A stretch of DNA of 43,950 nt from Paracoccaceae bacterium (GTDB taxonomy: Bacteria > Pseudomonadota > Alphaproteobacteria > Rhodobacterales > Rhodobacteraceae), in assembly GCA_007118295.1 (NCBI GenBank), contig SKRW01000003.1, positions 1 through 43,950 on the forward strand, read 5' to 3'. How positions within the stretch are numbered: position 1 is the first letter of the stretch; every line of letters begins with the position of its first letter. The translations under genes were made by a program, and so were the position numbers. Shown one piece after another: positions 9,406 to 18,067 of this stretch. A model generated the notes under the pieces. It was given only the letters and a program-made list of their open reading frames with translations. It ran no database searches and was not told the origin of the DNA.

Positions 9406-9859
9406 CGTGCAGGTGGCTGTGCGCCTCGTGGCCATGACCATGGTCGTGGACGTCGATCTGCGCCTCGACCGGGATCAGGAACAGGTTACCATGGCGCACC
9501 CCCCGCTGTCCCAGCACCCCGTCTGCGTAGGCGCGCAATGCATTCGCCGGTCCCCGCAGGATCGCAGATTCAAGGCAGGTATGATGGTCCAGATGCACAT
9601 GGCTGCTGCTGATTGTGAGTGCATGATGCGCATGGTGCTGCTGCATCAGACGGCTGGCCAGATCGCGCGTATGGTGGTCATAAACATAGCTCAGAACCCC
9701 GATAGCCGAACCGTCGGTCACCGGTGCGTCGGCAATCCGCAGCGACAGGCGCAAAAGATCACGTATGGCTTCGGAGCGGTTGGCGAAACGCCGCGCCGCG
9801 ACAAAAGCGTCGAGTTCGGCGCTTAGCTCTTCGGTCAGGGTGATTGTGACGCGCTGCAT
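9389..9859 (-). CDS. nikR: Nickel-responsive transcriptional regulator NikR
   Basis: RHH domain MQRVTITL..NRSEAIRDL; metal site YVYDHH..QH..HVHLDHHTCLE; His-rich C-tail. Confidence 0.95.
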   Translation of the reverse strand: MQRVTITLTEELSAELDAFVAARRFANRSEAIRDLLRLSLRIADAPVTDGSAIGVLSYVYDHHTRDLASRLMQQHHAHHALTISSSHVHLDHHTCLESAILRGPANALRAYADGVLGQRGVRHGNLFLIPVEAQIDVHDHGHGHEAHSHLHVKERF

Positions 9860-10078
9860 GGTTTGGCCCCATGGGTTGTAATGCGGTCAGCATTGCACGC
9901 AGCATTCACCATAGGCAACAACATGCGCGCCAATGTCGCGATCATTGCCGCCGGGTGCCGTCTGCACATCTCTCTGCCTGAGAATTGGGCGCACCGGCAG
10001 CGCCTGCATTTGACCTGAGCGCAAAAGTCTTTACCACTTGCGGGGATCAACCGACCCAACAGTCTGGACAAAGCGCCG

Positions 10079-11110
10079 ATGCAGGATAGCGCCCTTGCGG
10101 GTTTGATAGCGGCATTTCCGCAACCTGTGATCCTGATCGATACTGAAGGCATCGTCAGTTGCGTCAATCCCGCCGCGACGGACTTGTTCGGCGTGTATAT
10201 AGAGGGTGCGCACATCCGGGCGCACCTGCGTCAGCCTGACGTGGCCGCAATGCTGGAGCGTGTCCTCGCAGGACGTGCAGAAGACAGCGCAAGTTTTTTC
10301 ACAACCACCGCCAATCAAGAGATCATCTGGCGCGTGGTCGCGCGTCGGGCCGATTCCAAGACCATTGTTTTGTCGCTGGATGATATTTCAGATATTGAAA
10401 GCGCCGAAGCCCAGCGGCGCGACTTTGTCGCGAATGTCAGCCATGAACTGCGTTCACCACTCACAGTGCTTGCTGGCTTTATCGAGACCTTGCAAGGTCC
10501 TGCCGGTGACGACCCGGCAGTACGATCAGAGTTTCTGGGCATCATGGCCGAACAGGCAGGGCGCATGACCGGACTGGTCAGCGATCTCTTGTCATTGGGC
10601 CGGGTCGAGGCGGTTGCAAAGATTCGGCCGCGCACGCCGGTGGCAATCGATATGGTTCTGGACGCCACAATTGCCGCGCTTCGTCCTCAATTCAACGCCG
10701 CGCAAGTGGAACTCTGTAGCGATATCCCCAAAGATTTGCCCGAAATACCGGGCGATTACGATCAACTTGCACAAGTGTTCCACAACCTGATCGAGAACGG
10801 CCTGAAATACGGCGGCAGCGGTGGGCGGCTGGAGATTGAAGCGCGGGAACTTGCGTCACACCCCGCATTCGAGGGCGCAGTCTTGTGCGTCTGCGTCCGG
10901 GACAAGGGTGACGGGATCGACGCTGTTCATATCCCGCGCCTTACCGAACGGTTTTACCGTGTGGACAAGGCGCGCTCGCGCGAGGATGGCGGCACGGGTC
11001 TGGGTCTGGCCATCGTGAAGCATATACTCAGCCGCCATCGTGGGCGGTTGGTTATCCGATCTGCGCCCGGCAAAGGAGCGACTTTCTCTGTTCTGTTGCC
11101 GTGTTTCTGA
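10079..11110 (+). CDS. phoR: PAS-domain sensor histidine kinase, PhoR-like
   Basis: H-box DFVANVSHELRSPLT, N-box NLIENGLKY, HIPRLTERFYRVDKARSR and GGTGLGLAIVKH; no TM segment evident. Confidence 0.75.
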   Translation: MQDSALAGLIAAFPQPVILIDTEGIVSCVNPAATDLFGVYIEGAHIRAHLRQPDVAAMLERVLAGRAEDSASFFTTTANQEIIWRVVARRADSKTIVLSLDDISDIESAEAQRRDFVANVSHELRSPLTVLAGFIETLQGPAGDDPAVRSEFLGIMAEQAGRMTGLVSDLLSLGRVEAVAKIRPRTPVAIDMVLDATIAALRPQFNAAQVELCSDIPKDLPEIPGDYDQLAQVFHNLIENGLKYGGSGGRLEIEARELASHPAFEGAVLCVCVRDKGDGIDAVHIPRLTERFYRVDKARSREDGGTGLGLAIVKHILSRHRGRLVIRSAPGKGATFSVLLPCF

Positions 11111-11154
11111 CCCGGTGCCTGAGGATCAGTTGCGACTGGATCGAAAGCACATTT

Positions 11155-11182
11155 TATTAACATAATCTCTATTATGTGCTAA
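11155..11182. other. dif-like XerC/XerD recombination site
   Basis: TATTAACATAA-TCTCTA-TTATGTGCTAA; its reverse complement TTAGCACATAA-TAGAGA-TTATGTTAATA resembles E. coli dif GGTGCGCATAA-TGTATA-TTATGTTAAAT; intergenic and AT-rich. Confidence 0.7.
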
Positions 11183-11236
11183 AATGCTCTGTGCACTGGC
11201 GTCCTTGAAAAGCCTTTCCTTCATGGGTTGACTATT

Positions 11237-11253
11237 CCGACTTATTTTGTCAG
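11237..11253. promoter_or_regulatory. Iron-Rhodo-box-like (IscR/Rrf2) iron-responsive operator
   Basis: CCGACTTATTTTGTCAG resembles the CTGAC-N7-GTCAG palindrome and lies upstream of hemP. Confidence 0.6.
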
Positions 11254-11388
11254 TTTTTAATCCATCGCCTAGCCACCGTCAGTTCAGCCCGGCATACCGT
11301 GAGAATCCTGTTTCAGGGGAATGAACATGCACACCCTCTTGAAGTCCCAGTCAGGAGCCCTTCAGGCGACAAGCACGACGCGTTTGCC

Positions 11389-11568
11389 ATGAACGATCAT
11401 CCATACAAGACCGCGCAGACGGCCACCCCCGTTCGCCCGTGCGGCGCCATCCCGATCCATGTCGCCGAAGCCCTGACCGAAGGCGGGCCAACAGCCCATA
11501 TCCGCCTGGAAGACCAGACCTACATTCTGCGCATCACGCGCTCCGGCAAGTTGATCCTGACCAAATAG
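11389..11568 (+). CDS. hemP: Hemin uptake protein HemP/HmuP
   Basis: C-terminal signature YILRITRSGKLILTK; 59 aa from ATG 11389. Confidence 0.9.
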   Translation: MNDHPYKTAQTATPVRPCGAIPIHVAEALTEGGPTAHIRLEDQTYILRITRSGKLILTK

Positions 11569-12054
11569 AACCGTCTGCGCACAGGCACCTGCAGATCCGC
11601 ATTGACGCCCTGGTCCGAAATGTTGCGGACTGGGGCGACGAAAGAGTCTGCGTGCAGCAACTCTTCAAAGCAGCGCAGGGGTTGCCCGCCCCGGTTCGGC
11701 CCCGACCTGGGCCCCGACGTGCCGCATAGCATCAACGGATTCGCCCTTTTCTCTGCGGCGCAGAACTCGAAGCGCGTAAATCTCGGGCAACTGCCATGCT
11801 GATCGCCTGCAATTTGGGCGCAGCCCCGTGCTGAAAGGCGATTGAAAACACCTGGCACCTTGAACTCTGGCCATGGTCACGGAGCGTCGCAATAGTCGCG
11901 TTGCTGACAAGACGTCAGAACCACGCCCGGCGGCTTGATCCTGTCAGATGCTGACCGCCGGACGTGTGCAACGATTGACTGCTGCCCCTCATAAGTAGGC
12001 GCGAAAGCCGCTGGCTTCAAGAATGGGTGGCATCACCAGAGGAGCCTGCCCTTT

Positions 12055-13332
12055 ATGACGAAAAAGCATATGCTGAGCACAGTTGCCGCCACGGCGCTGC
12101 TTGCGACCCCTGCCCTTGCCGATTGCCCCATCCAGGTTGGTGTTTTGCACTCGCTCTCGGGCAGCATGGCCATCTCTGAAACAACACTGCGCGATGTGAT
12201 GCTCATGCTGATCGACGAGCAGAACAAGAAAGGCGGCGTGCTGGGCTGCGAACTGGAGGCCGTCGTCGTTGACCCCGCCTCTGACTGGCCGCTTTTTGCG
12301 GAACTGACGCGCCAACTCTTGACCGTCAACGAGGTCGATGTGATCTTCGGCGCCTGGACTTCGGTCAGCCGCAAGGCGCTGTTGCCGGTACTGGAAGAGT
12401 TGAACGGCCTGTTCTTCTATCCCGTGCAATATGAAGGTCAGGAAAGCTCGCGCAACGTGTTCTACACCGGCGCGGCCCCGAACCAGCAGGCGATCCCGGC
12501 GGTCGATTACTTCCTTGAAGAACTGGGCGTCGAATCCTTCGCACTGCTGGGCACCGACTATGTGTACCCCCGCACCACAAACGCCATTCTGGAATCCTAC
12601 CTGTTGTCCAAGGGCATCGCGGCCGAAGATATCTTTGTCAACTACACCCCGTTTGGCCATTCGGACTGGTCTACCATCGTCGGCGACGTGATCGGCCTTG
12701 GCGCGGGTGGCAAGCAGGTCGGCGTGATCTCGACCATCAATGGCGACGCGAATATCGGGTTCTACACGGAACTGGCCGCACAGGGCGTCAGCGCCGATGA
12801 CATCCCGGTTGTCGCCTTCTCGGTCGGCGAGGAAGAGCTTTCGGGCCTCGACACGTCGCGTCTGGTCGGCCATCTGGCGGCGTGGAATTACTTCATGTCT
12901 GCCGACACACCCGCGAACGAGGAATTCATCGCAGCATGGCATGAGTTCATCGGCGACACCAACCGCGTGACCAATGACCCGATGGAGGCCCATTATATCG
13001 GCTTCAACATGTGGGTGCAGGCGGTCGAGGCCGCGGGCACAACCGATGTAGACGCTGTGCGCGAAGCCATGTGGGGGCAGGAATTCCCCAACCTGACCGG
13101 CGGGATGGCAGTGATGAATGTGAACCACCACCTGTCGAAACCCGTCCTGATCGGCGAGATCCGTGCAGACGGACAATTCGACATCATCAGCCAGACCGAA
13201 GAAGTCCCCGGCGAGGCCTGGTCGCCCTTCCTTGAGGAAAGCGCAACGCTTGTCAGTGACTGGAGCGAACTGGGTTGCGGGATGTTCGACACGGCAACGG
13301 AAACCTGTGTTCAGTTGACCTCGAATTACTGA
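12055..13332 (+). CDS. urtA: Urea ABC transporter substrate-binding protein
   Basis: GVLHSLSGSMAISE, WTSVSRK, YPVQYEG, GAAPNQQ and GTDYVYPRT motifs. Confidence 0.95.
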   Translation: MTKKHMLSTVAATALLATPALADCPIQVGVLHSLSGSMAISETTLRDVMLMLIDEQNKKGGVLGCELEAVVVDPASDWPLFAELTRQLLTVNEVDVIFGAWTSVSRKALLPVLEELNGLFFYPVQYEGQESSRNVFYTGAAPNQQAIPAVDYFLEELGVESFALLGTDYVYPRTTNAILESYLLSKGIAAEDIFVNYTPFGHSDWSTIVGDVIGLGAGGKQVGVISTINGDANIGFYTELAAQGVSADDIPVVAFSVGEEELSGLDTSRLVGHLAAWNYFMSADTPANEEFIAAWHEFIGDTNRVTNDPMEAHYIGFNMWVQAVEAAGTTDVDAVREAMWGQEFPNLTGGMAVMNVNHHLSKPVLIGEIRADGQFDIISQTEEVPGEAWSPFLEESATLVSDWSELGCGMFDTATETCVQLTSNY

Positions 13333-13339
13333 TCTGTCC

Positions 13340-13366
13340 GGGCGCGGGGGCCCTGCCCCCGCGCCC
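13340..13366 (+). repeat. GC-rich intercistronic hairpin after urtA
   Basis: Stem GGGCGCGGGG / CCCCGCGCCC. Confidence 0.6.
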
Positions 13367-13391
13367 CGCTTTCACAGAAAGTCATCTGCCC

Positions 13392-15365
13392 ATGCTGCGC
13401 CTGCCCCGCTTCGTGACACTGGTCGCGTGCCTGATGATATGTGCTATGCTGCGCCCTGCCCCGCTCGCCGCACAGGCCGACACACCCCTGCAGGACGTGC
13501 TGCAAGCCGTTCAGCCGCTGGTGGCAAGCCCGTCGCGCGCGACTGTTCCGCAGGTATTGGCGGCACTGCTCGACGCGGATGCCCCCGGCACAGTCGATTT
13601 TCTGCGAGCCTGGGCCGAACGCGAGGTCCATGAGCGCCCCGACGACGGGCTGTTTTTCTATGCGCGTGATGGTGCCGACCGCAATCTGATCCTGATCGAT
13701 ATTGATACGGGCGAGGTTGCAGGTGACGTTTCCAGCCGCGACGTCAACCAGATCCGCCCCAATGCGGGTGTCCGGCGCGAAATCAATGCAGCGCTGGTCA
13801 GCTTCGAGTTGCTGAATCCGAACCCTGACCGGCGCATGGCCGCACTGGCCGCCATTGCACGCAGCCCGGACGCAGACCAGATTCCGGCCCTTGAAAGCGC
13901 GCTTGCCGCTGAAGAGGAAGCGCGGATCGCCCTGCGAATGGAGCGCCTTCTGGACCTGCTGAACGCGCGCTTTGCCACTGACAGCGCAACACGGGTGGAC
14001 GCGATCGAGGGATTGCGCGGCGATATCAGCACCGAGGCACGGCGCGCACTCAATCAGATCCTGCAAACACGCGCCGATTTCGCGCCCGATATCCCGGAAG
14101 ATACCAATGTCGCCCGCATCCGGACGCCGGGCGAGGATATGGATCTGATCGCCGCCTATGCCACGCTTTCAGACGCGGGGCTGGTTCCGCCCCGGCAGGG
14201 CCGCAATGCAATCCGCGACGCCCTGCGGCTGAACGCTGTTTCTGGCGAGGTTGGCGGCATTCCGGTGCATCGTCTGGACACCGACGAGATGCGCCGCACC
14301 GCTTACCGCGCATTGCAGGACGCAGGCACTGTGCCCCCCCTTGTCACACAGGCTGACATGGAAGCGCGCGTTGCCGAATACATCTTTTTCGACGCCTATC
14401 TGGAACCAGATGCCGCTGTGACGGATGCCGCGCGCGACGCACTCGACAGCACGCGCACCGCGATTTCGCTGTGGCAGTTTCTGGGCATTTCCCTGGATGC
14501 GCTCTCGCTCGCGTCGATCTTCTTTCTGGCAGCAATCGGGCTTGCGATCACATTTGGCGTGATGCGCGTCATCAACATGGCACATGGCGAATTCATCATG
14601 ATGGGCGCTTATACCGGCTATGTCGTCCAGACAGTGATCCCGAATCTGACAACTTCGCTGGTCGTGGCGTTTCCGCTGGCCTTTGCCGTCACGTTCGGGG
14701 CCGGTGTCGCGATGGAACGGCTGGTGATCCGTCACCTGTATACGCGCCCGTTGGAAACGCTGCTGGCCACATTCGGTATCTCGATTGCCCTGCAGCAACT
14801 GGCCAAGAACATCTTTGGCACACAGGCGCGTCCGCTGACCTCGCCCGATTGGCTTGCGGGCGCGATTCAGGTCAATGATGTCGTCTCGGTCGCGTCGATC
14901 CGCGTGGCGATCTTTGCCATGGCGCTGGCCTTTCTGCTGCTGTTGCTGTTCATCCTGAACCGCACGCGGCTTGGGCTGGAAGTGCGCGCAGTCACGCAGA
15001 ACCCCGGCATGGCGGCCTCGATGGGGATCAACCCTGACCGCATCAACATGCTGACCTTTGGTCTTGGCTCAGGCATCGCGGGGGTGGCGGGGGTGGCCAT
15101 CGGACTTGTGGCGCAGGTCACATCCGAGATGGGTGCGAATTACATCGTCCAGAGCTTCATGACTGTGGTGGTCGGCGGTGTCGGTTCGGTCTTTGGCACG
15201 CTTGCAGGCGCCACGCTGATCGGCGCACTGCAAAAGGGGATCGAGTGGTTCAACCCCGCCAACACACTGGCCGCGCAGACCTATATGGTTCTGTTCATCA
15301 TCCTGTTCATTCAATTCCGGCCCAAGGGTATTGTCGCCCTCAAGGGTCGTGCCGCAGGGGATTAA
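13392..15365 (+). CDS. urtB: Urea ABC transporter permease UrtB with long N-terminal periplasmic domain
   Basis: GLAITFGVMRVINMAHGEF and RPLETLLATFG motifs; start at ATG 13392. Confidence 0.92.
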   Translation: MLRLPRFVTLVACLMICAMLRPAPLAAQADTPLQDVLQAVQPLVASPSRATVPQVLAALLDADAPGTVDFLRAWAEREVHERPDDGLFFYARDGADRNLILIDIDTGEVAGDVSSRDVNQIRPNAGVRREINAALVSFELLNPNPDRRMAALAAIARSPDADQIPALESALAAEEEARIALRMERLLDLLNARFATDSATRVDAIEGLRGDISTEARRALNQILQTRADFAPDIPEDTNVARIRTPGEDMDLIAAYATLSDAGLVPPRQGRNAIRDALRLNAVSGEVGGIPVHRLDTDEMRRTAYRALQDAGTVPPLVTQADMEARVAEYIFFDAYLEPDAAVTDAARDALDSTRTAISLWQFLGISLDALSLASIFFLAAIGLAITFGVMRVINMAHGEFIMMGAYTGYVVQTVIPNLTTSLVVAFPLAFAVTFGAGVAMERLVIRHLYTRPLETLLATFGISIALQQLAKNIFGTQARPLTSPDWLAGAIQVNDVVSVASIRVAIFAMALAFLLLLLFILNRTRLGLEVRAVTQNPGMAASMGINPDRINMLTFGLGSGIAGVAGVAIGLVAQVTSEMGANYIVQSFMTVVVGGVGSVFGTLAGATLIGALQKGIEWFNPANTLAAQTYMVLFIILFIQFRPKGIVALKGRAAGD

Positions 15366-15369
15366 ACGC

Positions 15370-16569
15370 ATGGATATCCCACGCCATACCGCCGCCGCCC
15401 CGTCCTCGCGCCGCAGTTTCCTGCGCGATAACCCTTCGGTCATGTGGTTCATGGGGTGTCTTGGGCTGTTTTCGCTGATCGTGACCATCCTGTCTGAAGG
15501 TATGGGGATTGGCCTGATTTCGACCAATCTGGTCAAGGTGCTGGGAATGACCCTGTGTCTGTGCCTGATCGCCATCGCGATGGATGTGGTCTGGGGTTAT
15601 TGCGGTATCCTGTCGCTTGGGCACTTCGCCTTTTTCGGGCTGGGCGGATACGCCATCGGCATGTGGCTGATGTATGCCCGCACCGAAATCGTGATCCGTG
15701 ACAGCCTTGGACGCGGGACCATCCCGCCCACCGAACTGGAAGTCTCCGAGGCCGTTGCTGCGCAGATATTCGGCGTTGTCGGGTCCAGTGAATTGCCGAT
15801 GATCTGGTCTTTCGCAGGTTCCCTGACCTTTCAACTTGGCATGGTCGTTCTGGTGCCGGGATTGCTGGCGCTTGTGTTTGGCTGGCTGGCGTTCCGGTCG
15901 CGCGTGACGGGCGTCTACCTGTCGATCCTGACACAGGCGATGACACTGGCGCTTTCGCTCTACCTGTTCCAGAACGATACTGGCCTGCGCGGCAATAATG
16001 GCCTGTCTGGCCTGCAGAATGTCCCCGGCTTCCTGTCGACCCCGCAGGCGATCATCTCGATCTGGTTCTTCTGGGCGTCAGCCTTTGCACTTGGCGCGGG
16101 ATATCTGCTGTTCGCCTGGCTGGTTTCGGGCAAGTTCGGGTCAGTCATCCGTGCCATCCGCGACAACGAGGCGCGCGTGCGCTTCCTTGGCTACAATGTC
16201 GAGGGCTACAAACTGTTTGTCTTCACCGTCACGGCCATTGTCTCGGGCATCGCGGGAGCGCTGTATTACCCGCAGGCGGGGATCATCAACCCCGCAGAGA
16301 TAGCACCCATCGCCTCGATCTACCTTGCAGTCTGGGTGGCGATTGGCGGGCGCGGGCGGCTGTACGGCGCGGTGATCGGTGCGGCTTCGGTTTCGTTGCT
16401 GTCAAGCTGGCTGACCGGCGGGGGTGCCCCCAATATCGACCTTGGTTTCTACCGGGTCGTCTGGACAGACTGGTGGCTGGTGTTGCTGGGCCTTGGGTTC
16501 GTGCTGGTCACACTGTTCTTCCCCAAGGGTATTGGCGGGTTGTTCGACTATCTGGTGAGAAAACAATGA
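15370..16569 (+). CDS. urtC: Urea ABC transporter permease UrtC
   Basis: WGYCGILSLGH, GVYLSILTQA, AIRDNEARVRFLGY and YYPQAGIINP motifs. Confidence 0.93.
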   Translation: MDIPRHTAAAPSSRRSFLRDNPSVMWFMGCLGLFSLIVTILSEGMGIGLISTNLVKVLGMTLCLCLIAIAMDVVWGYCGILSLGHFAFFGLGGYAIGMWLMYARTEIVIRDSLGRGTIPPTELEVSEAVAAQIFGVVGSSELPMIWSFAGSLTFQLGMVVLVPGLLALVFGWLAFRSRVTGVYLSILTQAMTLALSLYLFQNDTGLRGNNGLSGLQNVPGFLSTPQAIISIWFFWASAFALGAGYLLFAWLVSGKFGSVIRAIRDNEARVRFLGYNVEGYKLFVFTVTAIVSGIAGALYYPQAGIINPAEIAPIASIYLAVWVAIGGRGRLYGAVIGAASVSLLSSWLTGGGAPNIDLGFYRVVWTDWWLVLLGLGFVLVTLFFPKGIGGLFDYLVRKQ

Positions 16570-17306
16570 GCGCGCTTCTCGAAGTCTCGGGCGTGTCGGT
16601 CACCTTTGACGGTTTCCGCGCCATCAATAATCTGTCCATCTCTATCGGAGAGCCTGAATTGCGCGCGGTGATCGGACCAAATGGCGCGGGCAAGACCACG
16701 TTCATGGACATTGTCACCGGCAAGACCCGGCCTGATGAGGGCCGGGTGATCTGGGGGGCGCAGTCCGTCGATCTGTTGAAACTGTCTGAAAGCGACATTG
16801 CCAAGATCGGCATCGGTCGAAAGTTCCAGAAACCGACAGTGTTCGAGGATCAGAGCGTCCGCGACAATCTGGCCATGGCGCTGAAAAACAGGCGCGGGCC
16901 GCTATCGGTACTGATGTGGAAGGCCAGCGCACAGGACAACACGCGCATTCTGGAACTGGCCACGGAAATCGGCCTGACCGACCGGCTGGAACATCGGGCG
17001 GGCGATCTGAGCCACGGCCAGAAGCAATGGCTGGAAATTGGCATGCTGCTGGCGCAGGACCCACGCCTTTTGCTGGTTGATGAACCGGCAGCAGGCATGA
17101 CGCCTTCGGAGCGCGAGCATACCACAAATCTGTTGAAACGGGCTGCCAGCACTCGGGCCGTCATGGTAATCGAACATGATATGGAGTTCATCCGCCGCCT
17201 GGATTGCCGGGTGACCGTGCTGCACGAGGGGTCGGTTCTCGCAGAGGGGTCACTCGACCATGTCACCCGAAACCAGCAAGTCATCGATGTGTATCTGGGG
17301 CGCTGA
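16566..17306 (+). CDS. urtD: Urea ABC transporter ATPase UrtD
   Basis: ATGA overlap with urtC; GPNGAGKT, GRKFQKP and LSHGQKQWLEIG. Confidence 0.93.
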   Translation: MSALLEVSGVSVTFDGFRAINNLSISIGEPELRAVIGPNGAGKTTFMDIVTGKTRPDEGRVIWGAQSVDLLKLSESDIAKIGIGRKFQKPTVFEDQSVRDNLAMALKNRRGPLSVLMWKASAQDNTRILELATEIGLTDRLEHRAGDLSHGQKQWLEIGMLLAQDPRLLLVDEPAAGMTPSEREHTTNLLKRAASTRAVMVIEHDMEFIRRLDCRVTVLHEGSVLAEGSLDHVTRNQQVIDVYLGR

Positions 17307-17309
17307 GAA

Positions 17310-18005
17310 ATGCTGAAAGTGGACAATCTGACGCTGCATTATGGTGCCTCGCAAATCCTCTGGGGCGTGTCGCTGGAGGCGCGGTTGGGTGCCGTAACAG
17401 CCGTGATGGGGACAAATGGCGTCGGAAAGACCAGCCTGCTGCGCGCGATTGCGGGGCGCCACCCCTATTCCGGCGGCACGATCACACTGGATGGCGCGGT
17501 GCTCGCCCATCCGTCACCGTCGCAGGCCGCGCGGGCGGGAATTGCCTATGTGCCCCAGGGGCGCGAGGTGTTTCCCCTGCTGACGGTAACCGAAAACCTG
17601 CAGACAGGTTTTGCCTGCCTGCCCAAATCCGAGCACAGGATCCCGCCGCGCATATATGAGTTGTTCCCGGTCCTGAAACAGATGAAAGACCGGCGCGGTG
17701 GCGACCTGTCGGGCGGACAACAGCAACAACTGGCAATCGCGCGCGCCCTGATCGCCCAGCCCAAGGTGCTGCTGCTGGACGAACCGACCGAAGGCATCCA
17801 GCCCAATATCATCAAGCAGATCGGCAAGGTGATCGAACTCTTGCGCGACGAAGGACAGATCGCGATCGTGCTGGTCGAGCAGTATTTTGATTTCGCCTAT
17901 GGGCTGGCAAATGACTTCTGTGTGCTGAACAGGGGCGAAGTGGTTTTGCAAAAGCCCGCTTCCGACGTGTCACGCGCCGAGATCCTTGAGCGGGTATCGA
18001 TCTGA
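17310..18005 (+). CDS. urtE: Urea ABC transporter ATPase UrtE
   Basis: GTNGVGKT, YVPQGRE, LSGGQQQQ and LDEPTEGIQP. Confidence 0.93.
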   Translation: MLKVDNLTLHYGASQILWGVSLEARLGAVTAVMGTNGVGKTSLLRAIAGRHPYSGGTITLDGAVLAHPSPSQAARAGIAYVPQGREVFPLLTVTENLQTGFACLPKSEHRIPPRIYELFPVLKQMKDRRGGDLSGGQQQQLAIARALIAQPKVLLLDEPTEGIQPNIIKQIGKVIELLRDEGQIAIVLVEQYFDFAYGLANDFCVLNRGEVVLQKPASDVSRAEILERVSI

Positions 18006-18067
18006 CCCTCTGCCCCGGTCGCTGACAGCGCTTGCCTGGAGCAGGCATATGTCTGAGAGTGACGCCC

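Noticed and set aside
11570-12054. Small ORFs, sRNA or NtrC/sigma54 sites upstream of urtA
   Set aside because: No ORF with recognisable motifs and no convincing consensus match by eye
11989-13176. Long antisense ORFs (also 7333-8517, 28461-29657, 42026-43240)
   Set aside because: Shadow frames of well-supported genes, expected in high-GC DNA
13392-14460. Long N-terminal extension of UrtB as a novel fusion
   Set aside because: Large periplasmic N-domains are common in proteobacterial UrtB
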